A stretch of 64,000 nt of DNA from an uncultured Candidatus Bathyarchaeia archaeon (GCA_964418675.1 CAYQMM010000001.1:68892-132891), one strand, 5' to 3'; shown: positions 44,659 through 54,767, counted from the stretch's first letter. A program made the numbers and translations. The notes: a model not told the origin generated them from the sequence alone.

Positions 44659-47340
44659 ATGAGTAGACAGAACCCGCCGCTTGACTTCTTCAGCAATCCT
44701 AATCCTAAACCGAAGGAAAAGGAGTCGCCAGAATCTCCCTCTGCTGAGGAAAGGTCGCTAGTGAAGAGAAAAAAAGTTGCCTATCCCAGGGTTCCCCAAG
44801 AACTGCCTCCGTCATATCTCGTATCCGCATCATACAACGGAAAAAAGAGACTCGCCTCTCTCAAGTTGTATGAGCCGGAATCTCAAAAAATCTATTTCTG
44901 GTATGACACAACAGGTCACAAGCCCTATTGTCTCACAAGCCTCCCGCCTAAGGAACTTGAAAAACTCAGCCGCCTAATGTCCCATTCTGGCTTTGACCAT
45001 TTCGAGATTGCGGAGAAGTATGATCCTCTTCTGGACAAGCAGGTGAAAGTAACAAAGGTTGTGGCTAAAGACCCGTTAGCTATAGGCGGTCGCCCAAGCG
45101 GCACTATAAGAGACATAATACCTCAAGATTATCCAGCCTTAACAGGTTCGGAAGAGCCAATTAAAGTCTGGGAATCCTACATACGATACTATCAATCCTA
45201 CATCTATGACAACAACTTAGCGCCGGGCATGCTGTATAAGATTCAGAAAGGGGAGCTTGTCCCTGTTAAACATGAATCCTCAGAAGACACTGTGGGAAAA
45301 ATCCTTGAACTCTTCCGGGGCGAAGCAGAAGAATTCGTGCAGCGAGTAGAAATGTGGGCACGTCTCCTAGAATATCCAGCTCCCCAATTTCGAAGAGTCG
45401 CCCTCGACATAGAGGTCAGCTCACCAGTTCCAACCCGTATTCCTGACCCTCGCGAAGCCGCTCACCCGGTTATCGCTGCGACGTTATATGGTTCAGATGG
45501 AAAGAAAGAGATTCTGATTTTGAAACGGAAGGACATCAAAGACGGTGTAATGAAGTTGCCTTCTGATGTGAAGGTTGAGTATTTTGATTCTGAGGAAAAG
45601 TTGATTCTGAAAATCTTTGATGCCCTTCTGGATTATCCCTTCGTTCTCACCTTCAACGGGGACGACTTCGACCTACGCTACCTATACCACAGGGCTATGG
45701 ACCACTTCGGCTTAAACAGAAGCCAGATTCCCATAGAGCTTGGGAAGAGAGTATGCCTCCTCAAATACGGAATTCACATAGACCTCTACAAATTCTTCTT
45801 CAACCGGTCAATCCAAATCTACGCCTTCGGCAACAAATACAGGGATGTAACCCTAGACGCCATCGGCACCTCCATACTGGGACTCCCAAAGATAGAACTC
45901 ACCAAACCCTTCTCCGAACTGACCTACAGCGAACTCGCCCTATACAATCTGCGAGACGCCGAAATCACGCTGGACCTTACGACCTATGGCGACAATCTTG
46001 TTATGAAGCTGATTCTAGCCATCACGCGAATAGCTCGAATGCCAATGGAGGATGTGAGTCGTCAGGGAGTTTCGCGGTGGATACGTAACTTTCTGTACTA
46101 TGAGCATCGCCAGAGAAACATGCTGATTCCAAACGCCGAGGACATACTCACCATCAAAGGAGGAACAACCACTCAGGCTATCATAAAGGGAAAGAAATAC
46201 AAGGGAGCCATAGTGGTGGAACCCGTGCCCGGCGTCCACTTCAATGTGGCAGTGATGGACTTCGCCAGCCTGTACCCCTCCATAATAAAAGTTTACAATC
46301 TGGGCTACCAGACTCTGCTTTGTAATCATGACGAATGCAAGGTAAACAAGGTTCCTGAGACCCCTCACTGGATATGCACAAAAAAGAAGGCTCTTGAGAG
46401 TCTGTTGATAGGCTCCCTCAGAGACCTCAGAGTCAAGTGGTACAAACTTAAAGCCAAAGACAAGACTTTGCCCAACGACCTGCGGAGCTGGTACAACGTA
46501 ATCCAGAGCGCCCTCAAGGTCATTCTGAACGCGAGCTACGGAGTTTTTGGTGCCCAATCCTTCGCTCTCTACTGCCCACCGGTTGCCGAGGCTACAGCCG
46601 CCATCGGGAGACATGTAATAACCCAAGCATTGGAAAAGGCTAGAGAGTTGGGTATCGAGGTTCTTTACGGAGACACAGACAGTATCTTCTTGAAGAATCC
46701 TTCTCAGGAGCAGATAAAAATTCTGGAGAAATGGTCGGAGAAGACGCTGGGAATGGAGCTGGATGTAGACAAGTATTATCGGTATGCGGTCTTCAGCTCC
46801 CGCAAAAAGAACTATCTAGGAATCTTACCTGATGGAAGCGTTGATGTCAAGGGGATGACTGGAAAGAAGAGGCACATTCCGATCTACATCAAGAAGGCTT
46901 TTGATCAGATGGAAGAGCGGCTGGGGAAGGTGCAGTCACCCGCAGAATTCGTGGAAGCCAAGAAGGAGATTCGGAAGATTGTTCGAGACCGCTACTTACG
47001 GTTGAAGCAACGGCGCTGGGGAGACAATCCAAACCAGCTGGCGTTCCATGTTGTTCTCGGCAAGGTCCCATCTTCTTATACCAAAACTACTCCTCAGCAT
47101 GTGAAGGCAGCACTTCAACTTGAGAAGATGGGTTACGAGATGAAGGCTGGAGATCTGATAAGCTTTGTCAAGGTCTTGAAGGAACCCCGTGTTAAACCCG
47201 TTCAAATAGCTTCTAACAGTGAGATAGATGTGGACAAGTATGTAGGATATCTGCAATCAACTTTCGATCAGGTTCTCGATGCTTTGGGGCTGGACTTCGA
47301 TGAAATTATCGGATTAACGAAGCTTGAACGATTCATGTAA
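44659..47340 (+). CDS. polB: Family-B DNA polymerase
   Basis: 893 aa. Exo motifs ALDIEV, TFNGDDFDLRYL, YNLRDAE. Pol motifs DFASLYPSII, KVILNASYG, YGDTDS. Pro/Ser/Lys-rich N-terminal leader of about 45 aa. Confidence 0.9.
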   Translation: MSRQNPPLDFFSNPNPKPKEKESPESPSAEERSLVKRKKVAYPRVPQELPPSYLVSASYNGKKRLASLKLYEPESQKIYFWYDTTGHKPYCLTSLPPKELEKLSRLMSHSGFDHFEIAEKYDPLLDKQVKVTKVVAKDPLAIGGRPSGTIRDIIPQDYPALTGSEEPIKVWESYIRYYQSYIYDNNLAPGMLYKIQKGELVPVKHESSEDTVGKILELFRGEAEEFVQRVEMWARLLEYPAPQFRRVALDIEVSSPVPTRIPDPREAAHPVIAATLYGSDGKKEILILKRKDIKDGVMKLPSDVKVEYFDSEEKLILKIFDALLDYPFVLTFNGDDFDLRYLYHRAMDHFGLNRSQIPIELGKRVCLLKYGIHIDLYKFFFNRSIQIYAFGNKYRDVTLDAIGTSILGLPKIELTKPFSELTYSELALYNLRDAEITLDLTTYGDNLVMKLILAITRIARMPMEDVSRQGVSRWIRNFLYYEHRQRNMLIPNAEDILTIKGGTTTQAIIKGKKYKGAIVVEPVPGVHFNVAVMDFASLYPSIIKVYNLGYQTLLCNHDECKVNKVPETPHWICTKKKALESLLIGSLRDLRVKWYKLKAKDKTLPNDLRSWYNVIQSALKVILNASYGVFGAQSFALYCPPVAEATAAIGRHVITQALEKARELGIEVLYGDTDSIFLKNPSQEQIKILEKWSEKTLGMELDVDKYYRYAVFSSRKKNYLGILPDGSVDVKGMTGKKRHIPIYIKKAFDQMEERLGKVQSPAEFVEAKKEIRKIVRDRYLRLKQRRWGDNPNQLAFHVVLGKVPSSYTKTTPQHVKAALQLEKMGYEMKAGDLISFVKVLKEPRVKPVQIASNSEIDVDKYVGYLQSTFDQVLDALGLDFDEIIGLTKLERFM

Positions 47341-47386
47341 AAAAGTACTGTTTTCAAAAACTATTTTTAGAAAAAATGGAGAGATT

Positions 47387-47788
47387 TCAGCGGTTCTTGT
47401 CATTGATGAACTTGGAGTTGGTTCTCACATGCTTAATTTCTATTCCTTTCTCAGTAGGTCTGCAGGGTACTTTGTATTTTTTGAATAGCCACATCAGTTC
47501 CCTGAAGGCTTTGTCGTTGACTTCGATTTCCACGACCTCTGTCATCTCCGCTATGACAGCCGGATGTTTGGGGTTCGCTTTGTAAAGCAGCTTAAACTCG
47601 ATGTCCTTCTCAGAATTTGGGGGTACCGCTACTATTTCCCATAGAGACTTTGCTGGAAAGTTTCGAGGGGGGTACCTCTTTATCGTAATTTTCTTCAATC
47701 TCTCCAGTCCCTCTCCTAGGCGCACGTCATATGGTGGGGAACTATCATATAAAGAGTCATGGTAATTTTTTCTATATTTTCTTTCCAA
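47387..47788 (-). CDS. Hypothetical protein
   Basis: 133-aa ORF filling the polB-dtdA gap. No recognisable motif. Confidence 0.4.
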   Translation of the reverse strand: MERKYRKNYHDSLYDSSPPYDVRLGEGLERLKKITIKRYPPRNFPAKSLWEIVAVPPNSEKDIEFKLLYKANPKHPAVIAEMTEVVEIEVNDKAFRELMWLFKKYKVPCRPTEKGIEIKHVRTNSKFINDKNR

Positions 47789-47921
47789 TTAATCTATTCT
47801 AACCGCTTTAACCCATCGTCTTTCAAGATTTCAATGGTATTTGCTTTCAAACAGTATCATCTCTCCATGAAAACCTTATCTTCCAATCATCCGCAATTAA
47901 CAGTCAGGGACGACGCCAACT

Positions 47922-48737
47922 TTGATCCTCTTCGTAGCTTCAACCAAAGACGTTGCTGGAATGAATATCGCCAAAAAGCTCATAGACCACTACAACTTCG
48001 AAAAACTCTCAGAATCCTTCCAACAAAATCCTGTGTACTCAAGAACATTTCAGAACAAAAAAACCAAACTAGTTTTCGTTAACACAGAGATAGTGGATAC
48101 CCAGTTCTTGGGTGACCTCTTCGCCCCCCAGTTGCTCGTTTTCCTGTCTAGGCACAACAGCGCCATGGGCATCTCCACCCTATCTGTTCACACCCCCGGC
48201 AACCTCTCAGAAGCTAAATTTGGCGGAGAACCTAGAAGGGTCTCCATCTCTCCCGTGGGCGCCATGAAGAATGCTCTCTTGGAAATGGCACGATTGAGGG
48301 ATGAGCGGGGGCTTAACTACGAGGTTTCCTACGAATGCACTCACCATGGTCCCTCCTTGGATGTGCCAGCTATGTTTGTGGAGCTGGGGAGCTCGCCGAA
48401 GCAGTGGAAGGACGCTAGAGCTGCTGAGGTGGTTGCTCATGCGGCGATGGCTGCTGTTTCTGATAGTTCTAGCTGTTCTGTTGCGCTGGGCATAGGTGGA
48501 CCCCATTATAACAAAAAGTTTACAAAGATTGCTCTAGGCACTCAGAAGGCGTTTGGTCACATAATTCCCAAATATGCCCTTCCTGAAGTTGACGCTGAAG
48601 TAATCAAGCAATGCGTTGAAAAAACAGTGGAAACTGTGGATTCTGCAGTTCTTGATTGGAAGGGAATCAAAGGCGCAGACAAACCCAAGATAGTTGCGGC
48701 GCTGGAGGAGCTTGGCGTGCCATCAGAAAGAGTCTAG
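47922..48737 (+). CDS. dtdA: D-aminoacyl-tRNA deacylase, archaeal DtdA type
   Basis: 271 aa, TTG start. ILFVASTKDVAGMNIAKKL N-terminus, SRHNSAMGISTLSVHTPGN, ECTHHGPS. Confidence 0.7.
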   Translation: MILFVASTKDVAGMNIAKKLIDHYNFEKLSESFQQNPVYSRTFQNKKTKLVFVNTEIVDTQFLGDLFAPQLLVFLSRHNSAMGISTLSVHTPGNLSEAKFGGEPRRVSISPVGAMKNALLEMARLRDERGLNYEVSYECTHHGPSLDVPAMFVELGSSPKQWKDARAAEVVAHAAMAAVSDSSSCSVALGIGGPHYNKKFTKIALGTQKAFGHIIPKYALPEVDAEVIKQCVEKTVETVDSAVLDWKGIKGADKPKIVAALEELGVPSERV

Positions 48738-48786
48738 TTACTTGTTGGCGTCACCCTGGTTTGTAAAAAAGGGGGAGAGGAAGATT

Positions 48787-49182
48787 TTATTTTATTCCCC
48801 ATCGTTTAGTGACTTTCACTAGTACGAAGATAACGAAGGCTACGATGATGAAGGTTATCAGAGCCACCAGGAAGTTTCCGATTCCAAATACTTGTGTTCC
48901 CACAGCATATTGTAAGCTGGCTAAATCTGAAAGTCCAGGTAACGCGAGACCTATCACTGGCAACAGCAAATCTTTGACTAGAGATTGAACCAGCAAACCC
49001 AAATAGACACCTATAATGAAGGCAACAGCCAAACCCATGACCTTGTACTGCTCTAGAAAATCTTTGAACTCATTCCATAGACCCTTAGGAGGCGGTGGAG
49101 GAGGAGCGGGCTTAGACGCCAACAATTCACGTATCTGTTTAAGTTCCTTCAGCATCTCATCTTCTTTCGACATTCTACTCAC
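48787..49182 (-). CDS. mscL: Large-conductance mechanosensitive channel MscL-like protein
   Basis: 131 aa. After a Pro-rich N-terminal extension: LWNEFKDFLEQYKVMGLAVAFIIGVYLGLLVQSLVKDLLLPVIG, plus a second TM segment. Confidence 0.65.
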   Translation of the reverse strand: MSRMSKEDEMLKELKQIRELLASKPAPPPPPPKGLWNEFKDFLEQYKVMGLAVAFIIGVYLGLLVQSLVKDLLLPVIGLALPGLSDLASLQYAVGTQVFGIGNFLVALITFIIVAFVIFVLVKVTKRWGIK

Positions 49183-49324
49183 CGCTTAATATTACCACAT
49201 TTTCAGCTTTTAACATCTGTTGTGGTGAGTAAACCATCTAAAAACTAATGAAACCACTCCAAAAGATGTTAGAAAGAGGCTGTTGTCGGGGATAACTTTA
49301 CATATTAGAATTTGTTTTTGAAAG

Positions 49325-49504
49325 GTGCGAGGAACCTTGGGACTAAGATCGTTCTTTACGTCAGCATCCAGATTGCTGAAACTTGCAACAAAACCAGGCA
49401 GAACCGAGCTCTGGCTCTCGATAAAAATCTGCTTTCTAGGCACCATCGCTATCGGAGGAATCGGCTACATAATCCAACTCATAGGCTCTGCAATTGAGGG
49501 CTGA
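49325..49504 (+). CDS. secE: Preprotein translocase subunit SecE (Sec61-gamma)
   Basis: 59-aa GTG-start ORF, below the ORF-track cutoff: VRGTLGLRSFFTSASRLLKLATKPGRTELWLSIKICFLGTIAIGGIGYIIQLIGSAIEG. It has one C-terminal TM segment and lies immediately upstream of spt5, as in the conserved secE-spt5-rpl11 order. Confidence 0.8.
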   Translation: MRGTLGLRSFFTSASRLLKLATKPGRTELWLSIKICFLGTIAIGGIGYIIQLIGSAIEG

Positions 49505-49510
49505 TCAATT

Positions 49511-49987
49511 ATGGGCGAGGAAGAAAATTTTTCGACAGCGGTCTTCGCAGTACGAACCACCGCAGGACAAGAGAAAAACGTGGCAAACCTCATCGAAGCC
49601 AGAGTGAAAATGGATGAGCTGCAGATAAAAGCCGTCCTTGTGCCCGAGATGTTAAAGGGCTACGTTTTCATCGAAGCCGACGGACCCCACTCCGTGGAGA
49701 AAGCCATAGCCGGAGTTAAACATGTAAGGTCCCGAGTCCCGGGGGTTGTGACTTTTCCAGAAGTAGAACGATACATAGTTGTAAAACCGGTAATCGAAGA
49801 ACTGGATGATGAAGACCTCGTAGAAGTTGTCGGAGGGCCCTTCAAAGGAATGAGGGCAAAAATAACGAGGGTCGATAAGACAAAGGAAGAGGTGACCCTT
49901 GAGCTCCTAGAGGCAACCTTCACTCTGCCAATCACAGTTCACGCCGACTACGTGAAACTCGTCGAGAAAGCCAAAAAGGAAGAATGA
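49511..49987 (+). CDS. spt5: Transcription elongation factor Spt5 (NusG)
   Basis: 158 aa. NGN domain (VFAVRTTAGQEKNV...GYVFIEA) plus KOW (VEVVGGPFKGMRAKITRVD). Confidence 0.9.
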   Translation: MGEEENFSTAVFAVRTTAGQEKNVANLIEARVKMDELQIKAVLVPEMLKGYVFIEADGPHSVEKAIAGVKHVRSRVPGVVTFPEVERYIVVKPVIEELDDEDLVEVVGGPFKGMRAKITRVDKTKEEVTLELLEATFTLPITVHADYVKLVEKAKKEE

Positions 49988-50484
49988 AAAAGATGGGCGA
50001 AAAAAAGATAGTTGAAGCCTTAGTGAACGGCGGACAAGCTACCGCTGGGCCTCCCCTTGGACCCGCTCTTGGACCTTTGGGAGTCAATGTTCTAGCCATC
50101 GTAAACAAAATCAACGAAATCACAAAAGATTATTCCGGAATGAAGGTTCCGGTGAAAATCACCGTTGACACAGATAACAAGGAATTTGAAGTTAGCGTAG
50201 GCACACCCACAACCTCAGCATTGCTTGTCAGCGAGTTGGGAGTAACCAAGGGATCAGGGACACCTAACACCGATAAAATTGGGAACATATCCCTAGAGCA
50301 GGCGGTACGCATCGCCAAAGTTAAAGAGAATGATATTTTGGCTAGGGACCTGAAGGCAGCGGTTAAAGAGGTTTTAGGGACTAGCGTAAGCATGGGCGTA
50401 ACAGTGGAAGACAAAGACCCGAGGGAAGTTCAAAAGGAAATAGATGAAGGAAAACACGACGCCCTACTAAAGAAAGAAGCGTGA
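49984..50484 (+). CDS. rpl11: 50S ribosomal protein L11 (uL11)
   Basis: 166 aa; GGQATAGPPLGPALGPLGVN motif. Confidence 0.9.
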   Translation: MKKMGEKKIVEALVNGGQATAGPPLGPALGPLGVNVLAIVNKINEITKDYSGMKVPVKITVDTDNKEFEVSVGTPTTSALLVSELGVTKGSGTPNTDKIGNISLEQAVRIAKVKENDILARDLKAAVKEVLGTSVSMGVTVEDKDPREVQKEIDEGKHDALLKKEA

Positions 50485-50540
50485 TAGTAACAAGATTTTT
50501 ATAACTGGCTCTTGTACGTCATTGGCGCGAGGCTCTAAAG

Positions 50541-51191
50541 ATGCCATTAAACATGAAAAACCTCCTTGCTGCAGTGAAAGAGGTTAAAAGCAAATCCGCC
50601 AAACGGAAGTTTTCGCAATCCATAGAGCTCGCCATAAACTTGCAGAATGTTGACATGAAGAAGCCGGAGGGCAGAATTCAGGAACTCATCGAGTTACCTA
50701 ACCCTGTTGGAAAGGAAAAAAAAGTCTGTGTGATTGCCTCAGGCGAGATGGCGTTTAAAGCCAAGAAAGCAGGCGCTAGCTTGGTCCTCGAGAAAGGTGA
50801 CCTTGAACCTTTAGTGGGTGATAAGAAAAAACAGAAAGACCTTGCTAATAACTATGACATCTTTATCGCCGAAGCCCCCCTCATGCCCCTTGTAGGCAGG
50901 AGCCTCGGCGCCACCCTTGGACCCCGAGGAAAAATGCCTACGCCAGTGCCTCCCAACGCTGACATAAAAGAGCAGATTGAGAGGCATCAAAAAATTGTTT
51001 TGGTGAGGATGCGGGGGCAACCAGTTCTTCAGTGCCGTATCGGAAGCGAAGATATGGCAGATGAAAAGATAGCTGAAAACATTCAAGCGGTTGTGAGGAG
51101 AATTGAGGGGAAACTCAGAAGAGGAATCAAAAACTTCAGGTCGGTTTACCTGAAGACCTCGATGGGTTCTCCAGTTAAAGTGGCTATGTAG
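50541..51191 (+). CDS. rpl1: 50S ribosomal protein L1 (uL1)
   Basis: 216 aa; KRKFSQSIELAINL...LGPRGKMPTP. Confidence 0.9.
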   Translation: MPLNMKNLLAAVKEVKSKSAKRKFSQSIELAINLQNVDMKKPEGRIQELIELPNPVGKEKKVCVIASGEMAFKAKKAGASLVLEKGDLEPLVGDKKKQKDLANNYDIFIAEAPLMPLVGRSLGATLGPRGKMPTPVPPNADIKEQIERHQKIVLVRMRGQPVLQCRIGSEDMADEKIAENIQAVVRRIEGKLRRGIKNFRSVYLKTSMGSPVKVAM

Positions 51192-51200
51192 GGAAAGTCT

Positions 51201-52094
51201 ATGGTGGTCCGTCAATCAACACTGTTAAAGGCTGATAAAGTCAAAGAAATAACCAGCCTCCTATCTCAATACAAGGCATTAGGAATCGCCAGCCTGCAAA
51301 AGGTGAGGGCTGCCCAACTTCAACAGCTGAAGAAAAAGCTGGAAAAAAGCGCCAATTTCCGTGTTATAAAAAACTCCCTCATAAGGAGGGCTGTTTCTGA
51401 AGCCAAAGACAAGGCAGGGCTAGAGAATCTTGAAGAATATCTGACTGGACCTAACATTTTCCTTTTCACCAACCTAAACCCCTTCAAACTTGCCCTTCTT
51501 CTTGAAAAGAGCAGGGTGACGACAACAGCGAGGGCGGGAGACGCAGCCGCCTTTGACGTTACAGTCCCTGCCGGAAACACTGGATTGCCTCCAGGTCCTA
51601 TTATTAGCCAATTTACCGCTGTGGGTTTGCGTACCCGAATAGAGGCTGGAAGCGTTTGGGTGGCTAAGGACACTTTGGTGGCTAAAGAAGGAGATGTGAT
51701 ATCAGCCCAGCTGGCGAGCATGCTGTCAAAGCTTGGAATAAAACCCGTGGAGGTGGGTCTCAGCTTAAGAGTTGTCTACGACGACGGGCTGATGCTAACT
51801 GGAGAGGAACTGAAGCTGGATCTTGATGAGTTTCGGCGAAGCATTGAAGAAGCCCACAATATTGCTTTTAACTTGTCGTTAAAGGCGGCTTATCCTCTTC
51901 CAGATAACATCATGTTCCTTCTCAGGATGGGGCAACAGGAAGCCTACAGTTTAGCGTTAAACGCTGGCATAATCACCTCAGATACGGTCGCCGACCTTAT
52001 TAGAAAGGCTCATACGGAAATGCTAAGTTTAAGTGCAAGATTAGCTGAGGTAGATGAAAAGAGTGCGTCAGAAAGTTCGGTTCAGAAAGGTTGA
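51201..52094 (+). CDS. rpl10: 50S ribosomal protein L10/P0 (uL10)
   Basis: 297 aa. Position between L1 and P1; VRAAQLQQLKKKL...GDAAAFDVTVPAGNTGLPPGPIISQF. Confidence 0.9.
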   Translation: MVVRQSTLLKADKVKEITSLLSQYKALGIASLQKVRAAQLQQLKKKLEKSANFRVIKNSLIRRAVSEAKDKAGLENLEEYLTGPNIFLFTNLNPFKLALLLEKSRVTTTARAGDAAAFDVTVPAGNTGLPPGPIISQFTAVGLRTRIEAGSVWVAKDTLVAKEGDVISAQLASMLSKLGIKPVEVGLSLRVVYDDGLMLTGEELKLDLDEFRRSIEEAHNIAFNLSLKAAYPLPDNIMFLLRMGQQEAYSLALNAGIITSDTVADLIRKAHTEMLSLSARLAEVDEKSASESSVQKG

Positions 52095-52125
52095 AAAGTA
52101 AGTATAATGGAAAAGATGGAGGAGA

Positions 52126-52455
52126 ATGAATATGGAATACGTGTATGCTGCGATGCTCCTACACAAGGCTGGAAAGGAAATAAACGAAAAAAACATCTCA
52201 GAAGTGCTCACGGCAGCCGGCGTAAGCGCCGATGCTGTTCGAATTAAAGCTTTAGTGGCATCTCTTGCCGAAGTTGACATCGACGAAGCCATCAAAACCG
52301 CACCTACGATGATGGCGGCAGCGCCAGCAGCGCCTGCGGCTGCAGCACCAGCCAAGAAGGAAGAAAAGCCCGCAGAAAAAGAGGAAGAGAAAGAAGAAGA
52401 CGAAGAGAAGAAAGAAGAAGCTGCGATGGAAGGTTTAGGCGCCCTGTTCGGATGA
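52126..52455 (+). CDS. rpl12: 50S ribosomal stalk protein P1 (L12)
   Basis: 109 aa. [19 protein letters not shown], Ala/Pro hinge, acidic tail ending MEGLGALFG. Confidence 0.9.
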   Translation: MNMEYVYAAMLLHKAGKEINEKNISEVLTAAGVSADAVRIKALVASLAEVDIDEAIKTAPTMMAAAPAAPAAAAPAKKEEKPAEKEEEKEEDEEKKEEAAMEGLGALFG

Positions 52456-52650
52456 CAGCACAACGGAGCTTCGTTTCCCAAGACGGTTTAGGCTTCCCTC
52501 ACTCTCTCTTTGTTGTATCTTTTTGTAAATTCACATTTTCTTAGCTTTTGCGAGGGACTTTTCAGGTCTTAAATAGAAACATTCGAACCAGTTTAGCGGG
52601 ATTGAATAGTTACACTAGGAATATTAAGCAGTCTTACCAAAACCCTATCT

Positions 52651-54447
52651 ATGGTTATAGATTCAAAAAAGCTAAAGAAACTGTTCTTGGATTTCTTTAG
52701 CGAAAATCAGCATAAGTTGATTCCAAATTCTCCTCTTATTCCCGAATATGACCCTACCGTTCTTTTCACTCCGGCTGGCATGCATCCGCTTATACCGTAC
52801 TTTTTGGGGCATCCTCATCCGCTTGGAAAGAAACTTGTGAATGTTCAAAAATGCTTCAGGACGGGGGACATCGAATGTGTTGGAGACAGTTCACACCTAA
52901 CTTTTTTCGAAATGTTGGGCAGCTGGTCTTTAGGCGATTATTTCAAAAAGGAAACCATCAGATTAAGCTACGACTTTTTAACAAACAAACGATGGCTCAA
53001 CCTTGACAAAAAACGCTTGTTTGTCACCGTATTTGCAGGAGACGAAGATGCTCCAAGAGACAATGAGAGCTGTGAATCATGGAGGGCTTTAGGTGTGCCC
53101 GACGATAACATCTTCCTTCAGGCAAAGGAAGAGAATTGGTGGGGTCCAGTAGGTAACACAGGACCTTGCGGACCTTGCACTGAAATGTTCTATGATACTG
53201 GAAAACCACTCTGCGATCCTGAATGCAAGCCTGGTTGCTCATGCGGCAAATATTTTGAACTCTGGAACGACGTTTTCATGGAATATAACAAGACTCCTTC
53301 AGGTAGTTTTGAATTCTTGAAACAGAAGAACGTTGACACGGGAATGGGTGTAGAGCATACCGCTGCAATGCTTGAAGGGAAGGAAACCGTGTTTGAGATT
53401 GCGGCGATTAGACCAATAGCGGAGAGAGTGGAGGAGATTGCTTCAATTAGTGTGCCAGCTCCTGCTCAAGAAAGGTCTATCCGAATTATCACTGATCACA
53501 TTCGTGCTGCAACATTTATTCTCGGTGACGAACGAGGAGTTAAGCCAAGCAACGTTGACCGAGGGTATGTTTTACGTCGGTTGATCAGGCGTGCGATAAG
53601 GTTGGGGCGATTAATCGGAATTGAAAGAGATTTCTTGAGAGACCTTGCTGACATTGTTATAGTGCTTAATGAGTCCGAATATCCCCTGCTTAGAGAGAAA
53701 GAAGCCAGCATATTTGACGAACTGAGTAAAGAAGAGGCCAAGTTTAAGAATACTTTGGAAAAGGGTTTGAGGAAATTCCAACGAATAGCTGAAAACAGTC
53801 CAAGAATAGACGGAAAAAATGCGTTCTTACTGTTTCAGAGCTTCGGATTTCCTATCGAGTTGACAAAAGAACTTGCTGCAGAGATTGGTGTCGAAGTCGA
53901 TGAGGTGGAGTTCAGGAATGAATATGAACGACATCAAAAAGTCTCAGCTGCAAGCGCAAAAAAACTGTTCAAAGGCGGTTTAAGCGACGCAACTAAAGAA
54001 ACCATAAGACTTCACACTGCAACTCACCTGCTGAATGAAGCCTTGCGAAGGGTCTTAAAAAAGAAGGATATTGTTCAGAAAGGGTCGAATATTACTCCAG
54101 AACGGTTGCGTTTTGACTTCAATTTCGATAGACCTCTGAAACCCGAAGAAATAGATGCAGTTGAAAGGTTGGTTAATGAACAAATTAAGAAAGCTTTGCC
54201 AGTTGATAGAAAAGAAATGACGGTTGAAGAGGCAAAGGCATCTGGTGCACAGGCAGTGTTTGAGAATAAATATGGGGGCGATGCAATATCCGTTTACACC
54301 ATAGGGAATTTCTCGAAAGAAGCCTGTGGTGGACCTCATGTCAGTAACACCGCTGAGTTAGGCGTTTTCAGAATAACAAAAGAAAAGGGCATCGCATCTG
54401 GCGTCAGAAGAATACGAGCAGTACTTGTGCAGAAAAAAGGGAGTTAA
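52651..54447 (+). CDS. alaS: Alanine--tRNA ligase, short form (catalytic, tRNA-recognition and editing domains; no C-Ala domain)
   Basis: 598 aa. LFLDFFSENQHKLIPNSPLIP..DPTVLFTPAGM, QKCFRTGDIECVGDSSHLTFFEMLGSWSLGDYFK, GPCGPCTEMFYD. Editing-site HTATHLL and CGGPHV. Confidence 0.85.
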   Translation: MVIDSKKLKKLFLDFFSENQHKLIPNSPLIPEYDPTVLFTPAGMHPLIPYFLGHPHPLGKKLVNVQKCFRTGDIECVGDSSHLTFFEMLGSWSLGDYFKKETIRLSYDFLTNKRWLNLDKKRLFVTVFAGDEDAPRDNESCESWRALGVPDDNIFLQAKEENWWGPVGNTGPCGPCTEMFYDTGKPLCDPECKPGCSCGKYFELWNDVFMEYNKTPSGSFEFLKQKNVDTGMGVEHTAAMLEGKETVFEIAAIRPIAERVEEIASISVPAPAQERSIRIITDHIRAATFILGDERGVKPSNVDRGYVLRRLIRRAIRLGRLIGIERDFLRDLADIVIVLNESEYPLLREKEASIFDELSKEEAKFKNTLEKGLRKFQRIAENSPRIDGKNAFLLFQSFGFPIELTKELAAEIGVEVDEVEFRNEYERHQKVSAASAKKLFKGGLSDATKETIRLHTATHLLNEALRRVLKKKDIVQKGSNITPERLRFDFNFDRPLKPEEIDAVERLVNEQIKKALPVDRKEMTVEEAKASGAQAVFENKYGGDAISVYTIGNFSKEACGGPHVSNTAELGVFRITKEKGIASGVRRIRAVLVQKKGS

Positions 54448-54767
54448 CACAGCTTCATAATTGATTCGTGTTAGTCTCCACGCTTTTTTTCATGCTTCTT
54501 CTTTTTTTGCTTGTTCTTTTTTGCTAACGAAGGCATAACTGTCTCACCCTTAGATGATGCTTTCACTAACTGACAATACCAAAACAGCCCTATATTAACT
54601 TGACAACCAAAACAAAAAATAGCCCACACAAACAAGCAATCATATTTGTAGTCTAATAACAGTATATTGTTGAAAACTAACTTTTTCCTGTTTTTTCTTC
54701 CCCTAATTGCTTGAAGTGCATTTTGACTGCAAAAACTTTTAACCCTCGCGCTACTCCTTTGGCTTTA

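Noticed and set aside
46015-46626. 203-aa minus-strand ORF inside polB
   Set aside because: It is fully embedded antisense to the polB region that carries the DFASLYPSII and KVILNASYG motifs. It has no motifs of its own.
49312-49497. 61-aa ORF-track entry upstream of spt5
   Set aside because: It is in the wrong frame. The overlapping GTG-start frame encodes a convincing SecE with a TM tail, whereas this frame gives a basic, non-membrane sequence.
52068-52481. 137-aa minus-strand ORF rich in Ala, Ser and Phe
   Set aside because: It is the antisense shadow of the Ala/Glu/Lys-rich rpl12 (P1) gene. The composition is low-complexity and there is no independent signal.
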